A stretch of DNA of 46,825 nucleotides, taken from positions 1 through 46,825 of IMG/VR virus record IMGVR_UViG_3300033480_000004; one strand, given 5' to 3'. A program made the translations under genes and the position numbers. The notes under the pieces were generated by a model, which made no database searches, was not told the origin of the DNA, and saw nothing but the letters and a program-made list of their open reading frames with translations. The DNA is from a virus. Its lineage: Duplodnaviria; Caudoviricetes. Below are positions 1-8,395 of the stretch, piece after piece (the stretch's first letter is position 1; every line of letters begins with the position of its first letter).

Positions 1-127
1 ACGGCGATGGTATGATCGCTTGCGCCACTGACACAATCCATAATCGCCGCCGTAAGCATCTTGCGCGTGGCAATGCCGTTTATCCGCGTCTCGATCCAGG
101 CGGGTGATTTGCCCCTTGCTTCGTAGC
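1..127. repeat. Terminal overlap, copy 1 (identical to 46699-46825); indicates a circular assembly
   Basis: acggcgatggtatg...gcttcgtagc is present at both ends, 127 nt. Confidence 0.97.
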
Positions 128-560
128 GTCCGATTACTCTTTGCGCGGCCAGTTCCGGGTTCAACCGCTCGGCGTCAAAGAGAACCCCCAATGCCGCCAG
201 ATATTCCTTGATTTGTTTTAAGGCCGGGCGCTTTTTGGTAACGCGCAAATGACCAGCGATGAGATACAACCCCTTGTCATTGGTATGGGCGATTTGATAG
301 GTTTTCCCATTCGTTGCCAAGTAAGGCAACTCTTGTTTTGAAAACACTAGTTGCCCATTGCGCTCAAGATTATGGAGAGATTGGGTTGCTTCCGGTATCC
401 CACATTGGCAGATGCCTGCAATCCAATCCTGGACGCAGTAAAAGTATTCCTCGCCTTGTATATGGTGAGCCAACGGAAAACCCCACTTGGCCGCCACTAA
501 CAACGGGAGCGGGTCGCCGGAGTGATCTTGCTGATTACCGAATAGACTAAGTTGCTGCAT
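1..560 (-). CDS. Bro-N/antirepressor-like protein, N-terminal part (continues across the junction to 46386; about 290 aa in total)
   Basis: Hand translation is open from ATG 558-560 (GGAG RBS upstream): MQQLSLFGNQ...EEYFYCVQDWIAG...PYLATNGKTYQ...LNPELAAQRVIGRYEARGKSPAWIETRINGIATRK, in frame with track ORF 46386..46757. Confidence 0.8.
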   Translation of the reverse strand, partial: MQQLSLFGNQQDHSGDPLPLLVAAKWGFPLAHHIQGEEYFYCVQDWIAGICQCGIPEATQSLHNLERNGQLVFSKQELPYLATNGKTYQIAHTNDKGLYLIAGHLRVTKKRPALKQIKEYLAALGVLFDAERLNPELAAQRVIGRYEARGKSPAWIETRINGIATRKMLTAAIMDCVSGASDHTIA

Positions 561-575
561 GGGTTACTCCTGGAT

Positions 576-710
576 AAACAAAATTCCCAGACGGTACGGT
601 GCTTACCAGACTGACTCAGGTGACTAACCCTAAGTGAAGCGCCGTCCCGTGTGGGAACATTGTCGCTGTCTGGCCTAGCCTCTATCAGGCGGGTAGTCAT
701 TCCGCTACCA
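576..710 (-). ncRNA. c4-antisense-like structured leader upstream of the Bro-N gene
   Basis: Long interrupted stem (TTCCCA/TGGGAA, ACGG/CCGT twice, GCTT/AAGC) followed by TTTTGTTT; loop segments TAGTCA and GTCTGG are complementary to upstream TGACTA and CCAGAC. Confidence 0.65.
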
Positions 711-713
711 TCC

Positions 714-742
714 ATTCTACACCTACTTCGTTTTGGCGTCAA
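714..742 (-). promoter_or_regulatory. Sigma70-type promoter
   Basis: TTGACG-17nt-TAGAAT. Confidence 0.75.
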
Positions 743-1173
743 GGATGGTTATCCCTCGTCTCCACCAATTGATCGAGAACCTGTTGCAAACCCCGGCGTA
801 ATATGGATAACTGTTCCCGGTTTATCGCCCGCCATACTGCCGGGATTGCTTTTGGGTCATCCATCGCCGCCAACCCCAAGCCCGCGCCGTCACGTACTTC
901 TGGGTTTGGGTGTTCTAAACAATACTCCAACAAACTCCGGCGACATTCCCAAGTATCCGGTTCGTCTACGCTTCCTATCCAACGCATAGCCTCGCCAACC
1001 ACGCTTGGGGAAAGGTGAATGTCTACAACTAACACGCGCAATACGCCGACGGCCAAATGTTTATGCGTTTGGATCGCCGCTTCCAAGCCACGAGAGAAAT
1101 AGCTTTCCATGCCATCCTCAAAAAATTCACCGCGTGCGGCTAGGAATAAATCGTAGAGGTAATCGTAGAGCAT
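739..1173 (-). CDS. HEAT-repeat-like protein
   Basis: LEHPNPEVRDGAGLGLAAMDDPKAIPAV matches the HEAT/PBS-lyase repeat pattern; coupled to the helicase stop. Confidence 0.6.
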   Translation of the reverse strand: MLYDYLYDLFLAARGEFFEDGMESYFSRGLEAAIQTHKHLAVGVLRVLVVDIHLSPSVVGEAMRWIGSVDEPDTWECRRSLLEYCLEHPNPEVRDGAGLGLAAMDDPKAIPAVWRAINREQLSILRRGLQQVLDQLVETRDNHP

Positions 1174-1175
1174 AG

Positions 1176-3116
1176 CTATTTATCCTCACTCTTGGCGCTA
1201 AATTCGGCGCGCAAGTTAGGCAACGGTTTGGCGGTTGGCGTCCCGGATTGAATATTGTAAAAGCCAATACCGGGGCGAAACCAAATTGGAATATTTTTGG
1301 TGGTTTCGCCGTCTCGATTTTTGTTGATGCGAAGTTGCAATTTGCGCGGTTGGTTTACCTGTTCCGGTAGCAGCTTGGCCGCGTCCGGGTCATAGATTGC
1401 CAGCGCCGCGTGCGCTTTGGATTCCAACGGCGACCCCCCGTAAGTGTCGTGCAGCTTTGGAGCGTCCCCTAGTTGGGTATGGCGTCCAGTCTGGCAGGTT
1501 GCTAAAATCAACAAATCGGTGCGCCGCGCCAACGCCTCGATCACTAATGCCGTAGCGCGAGTATCCTCATAAATCCCAGAGTTGGCCGACAGGCGCGTCC
1601 CGTCCATACTGTCAAAAATGAGCCATTTAATCGCGTGTCCGGTTATGGCGTTAGTAACGGACTGCTCAATCGCGCCGGGGGTGCTGGTATCTGCCTGCCC
1701 CAGAAATTGGTAATCCATCGCGGATTGTAATTTTGTTTGGGCATTGCGTATCGCCTCATTTTGTTGTGCTGTGAGCGGCAACCAGCGCATATCATTATAA
1801 TCATAATGCCCGCCGCGTGGGATATACCCATACGGGACGTGAGCATAATAGGCTAATAGTCGATCGGTAAACCGTTCCTCATTAATCTCAAAAGAGATAA
1901 TCAAACCAGGCGCTTGGAAGATAAGATTCGCCGCTAATGACGCCATGAGGGTAGTTTTGCCAACGCCAGTATCCGCAGCGAATAAGTACATCGCGCCCGG
2001 CGTCAAGCCTTGTAAGGCCGCGTCTATCCGGGTAATCCCCGTCTGAAACGTGTAATCCGGCTTCCCATCGGTAATGCTCTTTTGCCAACGGGCAATAGAC
2101 TTTTGTAATGCGATCTTGCCGGATACCAATTGCGCCGATTGTTCAGAAGCCGGTAGGGTAGGCAGCTTGCAAATCGCCGGGAAATCGGCGGCAGTATTAT
2201 TTTGGTGTTCCATCACAAAATCAGCTAAATCATAATGTTCTTTTTTGCCAGCGAAGTCCGCCACCTTCACCCGTTCCCGGTAGACGCTCAATTGGTTGAC
2301 AATCTTGGCCGCGCTACTTTGGCCTTGTTTGTCATTATCCAACGCCACAATCAATTGCAGACCGGGGGTTGTTTCCAGGAGTTTAGTTAAGTCCGGCAAT
2401 AGATGTTCCGGGATAGCTTTTTCGCCGTCGGTAAAACAAAACGCTTGCAACCCGTAATGGCGCGCTACCTCGACGCTAATCTGTCCATTGCACAAGACTA
2501 CCATCGGCGCGACGGTTTCGAGGGCTTCGCCAATTTTGCGCGTGCCGGGGAAAGCATACCAACAAATCGCGCCCTCGCCTTCCCGTTCCCGCCAGAACCG
2601 TTTCGAGGATAACAGGCGTATCCGCGGATTGCCATCTGAGGACGGGATGCGAAGGGCTTTTTCGCCACGTACAGTAATCTCCTGCCAGCCTTGCGCTTCT
2701 AGGAGATACCATTGCAAGCCGTGTTTTTTAGCGTACTCGGCGGCGCTGGTATATTCTGGTAGTTTACCATCGGCAGGCGCGGCGGTTAGGTCAACTGCCG
2801 GGGTTAGCGAGTGGCCGTTGTTATTTATGGGGATATGGTATTCTTCCGCGAGCAACTGAATAGCTCCGGCGTAGTCCAATCCAAATTTCTTTTGTTCCCA
2901 GTCGATAATATCGCCGCCGGTAGCGCAAGCCCCGAAACATTTCCAGCGCGGTTTACCATCGTCTCCGGTATAGACCGAAAAAGAACCGTCTTTCTCCTCA
3001 TGGAACATACACTTAATTAATCCCTGTGGCGGCATGGGATGACCGTTTTTGGAGATATGGGCGCGCAAATCAATCGCGTGAATTTGCCGTAAAGTATCAT
3101 CGGAGAACGTAGTCAT
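1176..3116 (-). CDS. Primase-helicase fusion (CHC2 zinc finger, Toprim, DnaB-like helicase)
   Basis: CMFHEEKDGSF..WKCFGAC zinc finger; VALDNDKQG Toprim DxD; AADTGVGKTT Walker A; LIFD Walker B; INKNRDG C-terminal motif. Confidence 0.9.
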   Translation of the reverse strand: MTTFSDDTLRQIHAIDLRAHISKNGHPMPPQGLIKCMFHEEKDGSFSVYTGDDGKPRWKCFGACATGGDIIDWEQKKFGLDYAGAIQLLAEEYHIPINNNGHSLTPAVDLTAAPADGKLPEYTSAAEYAKKHGLQWYLLEAQGWQEITVRGEKALRIPSSDGNPRIRLLSSKRFWREREGEGAICWYAFPGTRKIGEALETVAPMVVLCNGQISVEVARHYGLQAFCFTDGEKAIPEHLLPDLTKLLETTPGLQLIVALDNDKQGQSSAAKIVNQLSVYRERVKVADFAGKKEHYDLADFVMEHQNNTAADFPAICKLPTLPASEQSAQLVSGKIALQKSIARWQKSITDGKPDYTFQTGITRIDAALQGLTPGAMYLFAADTGVGKTTLMASLAANLIFQAPGLIISFEINEERFTDRLLAYYAHVPYGYIPRGGHYDYNDMRWLPLTAQQNEAIRNAQTKLQSAMDYQFLGQADTSTPGAIEQSVTNAITGHAIKWLIFDSMDGTRLSANSGIYEDTRATALVIEALARRTDLLILATCQTGRHTQLGDAPKLHDTYGGSPLESKAHAALAIYDPDAAKLLPEQVNQPRKLQLRINKNRDGETTKNIPIWFRPGIGFYNIQSGTPTAKPLPNLRAEFSAKSEDK

Positions 3117-3430
3117 TTGTTGTCTCCATCCGATAGTATTCTGTTCACGCTATCACAAACGTCTTTCATAATCTGCAACTCGCCGATGATTTGTCCGGCT
3201 TTTTCGGAAGTGACCGTTTGTTCTTTGAAACTGGGATTACCCAGAACCCCCACTTCAATGCGCGCTATTCTATCCACCCCGATAATGATATTGCTTAGGT
3301 AATGAGGCGAATAGATATACGCCAAATAGTAGCGCCCTTCCGATTGCAACTTGAAACCCTTATCGAAGTAACAACCCAACAGCCGCGTTATCCGGCACTT
3401 TTCGCTATGAGTTAATTTCGGCTCGCTCAT
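3113..3430 (-). CDS. Hypothetical protein
   Basis: Abuts the upstream gene and has an ATGA overlap with the primase start. Confidence 0.7.
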   Translation of the reverse strand: MSEPKLTHSEKCRITRLLGCYFDKGFKLQSEGRYYLAYIYSPHYLSNIIIGVDRIARIEVGVLGNPSFKEQTVTSEKAGQIIGELQIMKDVCDSVNRILSDGDNK

Positions 3431-4195
3431 TTAATCACCCCACAATGATAATTGTTTGGTTGGCGCTTTTGGTTGTTCCGGTTGGTGTTGGTGACGCAAT
3501 GGCTTTATGCCGCCGGGGAAGTCCTGGTACAATTGCCCTAGCGCGTCGGGGCGCATCCCTGGAAATTGCCCGGTGCTTTGTTTGAAGTAAAACGCCACGC
3601 CTTGTTTGGCGCATAATGCCTGAGCTTCCCTTGCCCAATTCAACTCAAAATAACGCCGGTTCGCTCCCGACTCCGCGCCGCATACCAACCAGTCAACCCC
3701 CGACAAATCGGGTTTATCCAGACTGCCGAGCGCCGGTTCGTAGGATACCCACCTAACCGCCGCCGGAATCCGCCGCAATAAAGGCAACCGAGAGGTATAA
3801 TCCGCCGATTCTACAGTTACCCCAAACCAGAGGTTACTCGGCCATTTAAGTATCGAGGCGAGTTTGTTTACCACCGTAGGACGTTTCGTGAGTGTTAGAA
3901 ATATCTGTTGTGGATGTTCGGCGATAATCTCATGAATGCGTTGGATATAACCCAACGGCGCTCCTTCGTGATAGGTATCGCTCATATCATTCACAAACAC
4001 AAACGCGCCCGGTTGCCATTGGCGGCATTCATTCATCGCCGATTCGCGCCACTCGATATGATCAGAGGTGTTCTGTGGATATCGTTTGCCTAATTCCAAA
4101 GCGTAACAGTTTTTGCATCCGGCGCTAATGCGAGTGCAAAACCACTTATAGATATTCAAGGCGAAATCCGCATAGGGTACTCCGGTTTGGCTCAT
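3431..4195 (-). CDS. Phage Gp37/Gp68 (DUF5131) radical-SAM-like protein
   Basis: CTRISAGCKNCYA; FVNDMSDTYHE; LTKRP; SYEPALG; GAESG; FYFKQ. Confidence 0.9.
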   Translation of the reverse strand: MSQTGVPYADFALNIYKWFCTRISAGCKNCYALELGKRYPQNTSDHIEWRESAMNECRQWQPGAFVFVNDMSDTYHEGAPLGYIQRIHEIIAEHPQQIFLTLTKRPTVVNKLASILKWPSNLWFGVTVESADYTSRLPLLRRIPAAVRWVSYEPALGSLDKPDLSGVDWLVCGAESGANRRYFELNWAREAQALCAKQGVAFYFKQSTGQFPGMRPDALGQLYQDFPGGIKPLRHQHQPEQPKAPTKQLSLWGD

Positions 4196-4698
4196 AGCTC
4201 ATCTTCCTTATACCCGCGCAATCGCCGAATGGTTTTTTCCGCCGGTTCTCCATCCCATTCTAGGCAACCTCGCGCATCCCGGTAATCACCCGTCGGAATT
4301 AGTTCAAATTCTAACACCCAAACCGTAGGATTGTCCGCCCATGCGTATCCCTTTTTCTTCCCATTGATTTTATCCCAATACGCTGCAAATTCGGCGATGG
4401 AAGCAAATCCCTCGGCGATGGCGTCCGCCTCGGTGATTCCCTGTAAGAATTGTTTACGGATACTGATGATTTCTATTCTACGCCCTATCCCCGGCTTTCC
4501 GCGTCCTAGCTGTAGCGCATAAGTTTGACCGACGCGCCATTTCATCCGTCCGTTTCTTTTTACCCAAGCATAGGAAATTTCTTTCGTCCGATAATCTATC
4601 TCAAGGACTTTGTATTCATCTCCAAGCAAGGCAATACGCCGCGTCTGTGTCTTTTCGTAGCCGAGTATCTTCTCGATTAATTCCGGTTTGAATAACAT
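4192..4698 (-). CDS. ASCH/PUA-like domain protein
   Basis: KILGYEKTQTRR ... LQGITEADAIAEGF ... WADNPTVWVLEF. Confidence 0.85.
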   Translation of the reverse strand: MLFKPELIEKILGYEKTQTRRIALLGDEYKVLEIDYRTKEISYAWVKRNGRMKWRVGQTYALQLGRGKPGIGRRIEIISIRKQFLQGITEADAIAEGFASIAEFAAYWDKINGKKKGYAWADNPTVWVLEFELIPTGDYRDARGCLEWDGEPAEKTIRRLRGYKEDEL

Positions 4699-4707
4699 GA
4701 GGTTCTC

Positions 4708-6810
4708 CTATTCGCTTTCGTCTTCGATTTCATCTTGCCCGTAAATTTCAATCCCACTTGCCCCGCCGACTTCCGGGATAGCGGCGCTTCGATTGCCATT
4801 CTGCCACGCCTTTGCGCTATCAATGTGTTTCAAGTACGCCTCCGGTTGGCAGTTTGTCCAGGGTTTTTCTTGGCCGTCAAAAAATCGTTTGACCATACTC
4901 ACCGTTTCCGAATCATGCCCGGTGTAATGATATTGCCACGCTACCGCTCCTATGCGCTTCCGTGTACCCGGTTCACAACTGGCAAACGTTCCCTGATAGC
5001 AGGCTTGCGCTAATGCCTCGGCAATCGCCTGGACTGCGGGTTCGGCGATTTCGGTAGGGAAATCGTTTTTTACTTTGGCCTTGCGCGGCAACTTAGGCTG
5101 CGCTTTTGATTTGGCGGATGCGGCCTTATAATCCTCAATAGCCGCCATCACTTTGGGTTGCGCTTCGCAAAATGCCCTGCCGGTCTCGGTAATAGTGTAA
5201 CGCGGCTGCAAGGGATTCCCTGTATCCGCTAAATAACCGTGACTGATTAATTTAAACACCGTCATTTTATCGCCGGTGATATGTGGCGACGGCGCGTAAC
5301 GCCCTTCATTGTAGACTTGCGCAAGGATCGACACTACTCGTTTGGTACACCATTCCGGCAGCGAATTGTTGCGACTCGCAACAATTGGTGGGGTTTGCGC
5401 CTGATTTTGGCCGTCTGTACCGCTAATTTCCGCCGGTGGGGTAGGGGGGGCGGCATTAAAGGTAATGGACAAATCGCCCTGATATTCTTCGGCGCGCCGG
5501 GTGATTAGATCAGTAACCGTCACTTTTACCCGTTCCCGGATAGGCACTACTCCCACTTCCGCCAACGCCTGATTTATCAGCGCCATTGTTTCATCCTGGC
5601 CGCCGCCGATGCTAAGAGACGTCGGTGGGGTAGGGGGATTATCCGCATTGAAAGTAATCAGTATATTATCGGTATAACTAGCAATCTCTTGCGATTTGTC
5701 CACTTTCGGTACATGGTGAAATCGCGTGGGCGGCTCATAATTCCGGCAACCCTCGCAGACGGCAACGTTGGTAAGCGATAATGGATTATTGCAGGTATGC
5801 CGGGGCGTCTTTTCGCCAGAATGGAGGGTAGCTTCGGCGCTCAGGTGTTGGCATTCCAGATGATATTTCCGCGCTACCTCTATCGCATGTTTGCTTTCGG
5901 CGGGCGTTAATGGCGACCAATCAATGCCCGGTTTGCCCACTTGCTCCAATACATAGCGCCCAAAATCGGTAATGCGCCAGATACTCCCGTCCTCATGCCC
6001 CGATTCGTCTATACATGGATTAACGATCTCCGGTATATAACGCCCAGTCACACCGGTCATAAGCCACTCATCCATATCCTCGCGGGCTAATCCTTCCGGC
6101 GTTGCTGACTGCCGCAGCTTATCTATAGGCACTCGCGCCAATGGGAAAAAGCGTACCAGCTTTTGGTATTCCCGCGCATAATCCATTTCGTCATTGGGCT
6201 TGCCGCTTACGGTTTCAACTAACGACTCAGCAAACCCTTCCATGTAGTCGCTTGCTTCTCCCTTTACCCAATTCAGGAGAATATTATCGTCGGTTACGTT
6301 TGGCTTATCGCTTTCATCTTGGAGCGCCTCGCCGCTAGGCGAAGAATCTTTTAATGGAATACCTTCTATCTCTTCTGGTATATCTTCTATTGGCAGGGGG
6401 TTTTCCCAAGTTGGAATTTTGCCAAAATGAACCTTAGCATTTAAGCCGTCCAATTCGGCTAAAATGGTTTGGATAGCTTCCGGGTTATTCGGTAGAACCA
6501 GATAGGGTACGATCTCGCCGTTATGTTCCAACGCCCCGGTTAATTGATAGACCGTGCGCCGGTTGTGTAGCGCCAGTTCTTTTTTGCCAATTCGCTCCGA
6601 GTAGGGTACTTCGACTATTGCCCCGATGGTTTCTAATTCTTTTAGCGCGCCGGAGATCGTGCCGATGTCATAGCCGATTTCTTTAGCGATGGTTTTTTCT
6701 TTCGGCCATGCGCGCCAGTGAGTATTCATGTGGAGCATGAGGTTAGTAAGAACGTGTAGCCGAGCGCCCTTTAAGGCGTCCAGATGTTTTCGCAATTCCC
6801 AGTGATACAT
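4708..6810 (-). CDS. Replication initiator-like protein with N-terminal winged HTH
   Basis: RAWPKEKTIAKEIGYDIGTISGALKELETIG fits O/replisome-organizer HTH domains; lies upstream of the primase-helicase. Confidence 0.65.
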   Translation of the reverse strand: MYHWELRKHLDALKGARLHVLTNLMLHMNTHWRAWPKEKTIAKEIGYDIGTISGALKELETIGAIVEVPYSERIGKKELALHNRRTVYQLTGALEHNGEIVPYLVLPNNPEAIQTILAELDGLNAKVHFGKIPTWENPLPIEDIPEEIEGIPLKDSSPSGEALQDESDKPNVTDDNILLNWVKGEASDYMEGFAESLVETVSGKPNDEMDYAREYQKLVRFFPLARVPIDKLRQSATPEGLAREDMDEWLMTGVTGRYIPEIVNPCIDESGHEDGSIWRITDFGRYVLEQVGKPGIDWSPLTPAESKHAIEVARKYHLECQHLSAEATLHSGEKTPRHTCNNPLSLTNVAVCEGCRNYEPPTRFHHVPKVDKSQEIASYTDNILITFNADNPPTPPTSLSIGGGQDETMALINQALAEVGVVPIRERVKVTVTDLITRRAEEYQGDLSITFNAAPPTPPAEISGTDGQNQAQTPPIVASRNNSLPEWCTKRVVSILAQVYNEGRYAPSPHITGDKMTVFKLISHGYLADTGNPLQPRYTITETGRAFCEAQPKVMAAIEDYKAASAKSKAQPKLPRKAKVKNDFPTEIAEPAVQAIAEALAQACYQGTFASCEPGTRKRIGAVAWQYHYTGHDSETVSMVKRFFDGQEKPWTNCQPEAYLKHIDSAKAWQNGNRSAAIPEVGGASGIEIYGQDEIEDESE

Positions 6811-6821
6811 GATTTCTACTC

Positions 6822-7454
6822 CTAGATAATACTTTCGAAATACGTTTCGATCCTCGCAATAATCTCTTTTGCTTTCCGCTTGCCGTATTCACGCTCCAAC
6901 CATTCATCCGGCATAGTGCTATTCTTTTTGTTATTGCATCCCCCTACTCCGTGACAGAGTGGGATAATATTCGTCGCTGTCGTGCCGGGATTATCCTTGC
7001 CTTTATAACTGAGTGGTATCCAATGGTCGGCGGCGGGATAAAATTCACCGAATAGGTCATTCATCTGCCTACCGCACACCGCGCAGCAGCCGTGAAAATA
7101 GTCTAGCGCGTGTCGCCATTGCTCTGGCGTGAATGTATTAGGCAGGTTGCGCTTGCGGGCGCGGCGATTGTGAGTTTTAATACGCCCGTATTCCCGGAAT
7201 TTTGCTGTGGCACGGCGGCGATAGCCGTATTCGCGCATATATTTTTTACGCCAGACTGTTGCAGAAAGTTGGCGTTCGTATCTTTTATATTCAGGGGTTG
7301 AGCGACGCTGACGTTGGCGCTCGCGGGCTTTCGGCGTAGACTTGTATTGTCGGTTGTATTCGCCATTATGATATTTTGAACATTCGGGGGAGCAGCATTT
7401 GGCTTTATTTTGTGCGTCAAACTCTCTCCCACATACGATACATACTTTTAGCAT
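6822..7454 (-). CDS. HNH endonuclease with N-terminal zinc finger (start reassigned to ATG 7452-7454)
   Basis: CAVCG...DHWIPLS...NIIPLC...CNNKK; GGAGGG RBS at 7458-7463. Confidence 0.85.
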   Translation of the reverse strand: MLKVCIVCGREFDAQNKAKCCSPECSKYHNGEYNRQYKSTPKARERQRQRRSTPEYKRYERQLSATVWRKKYMREYGYRRRATAKFREYGRIKTHNRRARKRNLPNTFTPEQWRHALDYFHGCCAVCGRQMNDLFGEFYPAADHWIPLSYKGKDNPGTTATNIIPLCHGVGGCNNKKNSTMPDEWLEREYGKRKAKEIIARIETYFESII

Positions 7455-7465
7455 TATCCCTCCGT

Positions 7466-7605
7466 AAACAAAAGCCGCTTGGATCACGGTTGCCCCGGCT
7501 GTAGCAATTACCCAAGCACAGGTATAGCCTTTGGCACAGCCGTGATCGAAACGGCCTCTTGTGTGATTGGTTAGGCTTGCTACGGCCTTTAGCTTCTTAT
7601 CGCTA
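7466..7605 (-). ncRNA. Second c4-like/attenuator leader, upstream of the HNH gene
   Basis: GGCCG..GATCACGG / CCGTGATC..CGGCT stem then TTTTGTTT; upstream GGCCGTAGCAA is complementary (10 of 11) to loop TTGCTACAGCC. Confidence 0.6.
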
Positions 7606-7610
7606 CCCCT

Positions 7611-7639
7611 ATTCTATACCCGTTCCCGTTTGGTGTAAA
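7611..7639 (-). promoter_or_regulatory. Sigma70-type promoter
   Basis: TTTACA-17nt-TAGAAT. Confidence 0.7.
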
Positions 7640-7678
7640 GGGGCAATTTCCCCTATAGGGCGTCACGGGAGTCTAGGG

Positions 7679-8059
7679 TTAATCGGTAATTGGCTTCCAG
7701 TCCCCGCATATATTTTGGTCGGGATCATATTCTTCTTCTGTGCGCGGTTTCCAAGCAAAGTTCACTTGATAACGACGGCAAACCGCGTCGTAGGTGTAAC
7801 AGTGTGCCGTGTCATTATATGCCCACAGATAGTTTCTGGTTGCATAAATGCAGGTCGAGCAGCGAGGGCGTTCTGGTAGCCGGGTGAAACTGCTCGGCGC
7901 AGGAAGTCTGCGGGTATTTTTACAGTATGAATAATACCCATCTCCATCTCGCCCGCAGTAAAATTTAGTAGGATCATTGGGGTCAGATTGCCCATCTAGC
8001 GCCTGTTGGGATAAGAGGTCTCCGCAGATACAACAGGTTTGTTGCGTAGTTATGCCCAT
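7679..8059 (-). CDS. Cys-rich hypothetical protein
   Basis: AGGAG RBS; several CxxC motifs; C-terminal domain resembles 9046..9270. Confidence 0.7.
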   Translation of the reverse strand: MGITTQQTCCICGDLLSQQALDGQSDPNDPTKFYCGRDGDGYYSYCKNTRRLPAPSSFTRLPERPRCSTCIYATRNYLWAYNDTAHCYTYDAVCRRYQVNFAWKPRTEEEYDPDQNICGDWKPITD

Positions 8060-8078
8060 GTTCGTCTCCTATTCACTA

Positions 8079-8106
8079 TTGACCGGGATGTGTTTTGTGG
8101 TATACT
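8079..8106 (+). promoter_or_regulatory. Antisense-oriented promoter
   Basis: TTGACC-16nt-TATACT with TGn extension. Confidence 0.7.
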
Positions 8107-8141
8107 AACTATAGCACACATCCAAGTGCATTGTTACCGAT

Positions 8142-8169
8142 ACTCGCCTTCCAAGCGAGTTTTCCTTTT
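8142..8169 (+). terminator. Intrinsic terminator closing a short antisense RNA
   Basis: ACTCGC-cttccaa-GCGAGT followed by TTTCCTTTT. Confidence 0.65.
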
Positions 8170-8358
8170 ATATTCCGAAGGCGGTTTTGTGGAGGCCGCC
8201 AACTCCGGGTGTATCACTACTCAGCGAACGAGTCACCTTTTGGATACGGTATAGCGGCGGTTAATTTTCAGGACTTCCACCTACAGAGAACCGCCAAATC
8301 TAGCTACCAGTACAATTTGCCACCACCTACGGCGCACTAGGCGCGTTCAGTGGTTCAC
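8170..8358 (-). ncRNA. Candidate multi-hairpin ncRNA with a T-loop-like hairpin
   Basis: GGCGGTT/AACCGCC stem enclosing AGG-TGGAAGT-CCT; further stems ACCAC/GTGGT, GGTG/CACC, GGCGG/CCGCC; no convincing ORF. Confidence 0.45.
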
Positions 8359-8363
8359 TTATT

Positions 8364-8392
8364 AGTCTATACCCTCTTGCGGCGATTGTAAA
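8364..8392 (-). promoter_or_regulatory. Sigma70-type promoter
   Basis: TTTACA-17nt-TAGACT. Confidence 0.6.
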
Positions 8393-8395
8393 TAG

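Noticed and set aside
497-742. 81-aa minus-strand ORF upstream of the Bro-N gene (possible icd-like gene)
   Set aside because: It runs through the promoter and structured leader and has no motif, so a non-coding explanation fits better
8265-8337. Minus-strand GTGCGCC plus GGTGGAAGTCC resembling a group II intron 5' end
   Set aside because: No domain V/VI, no maturase and too short; kept only as a generic structured RNA
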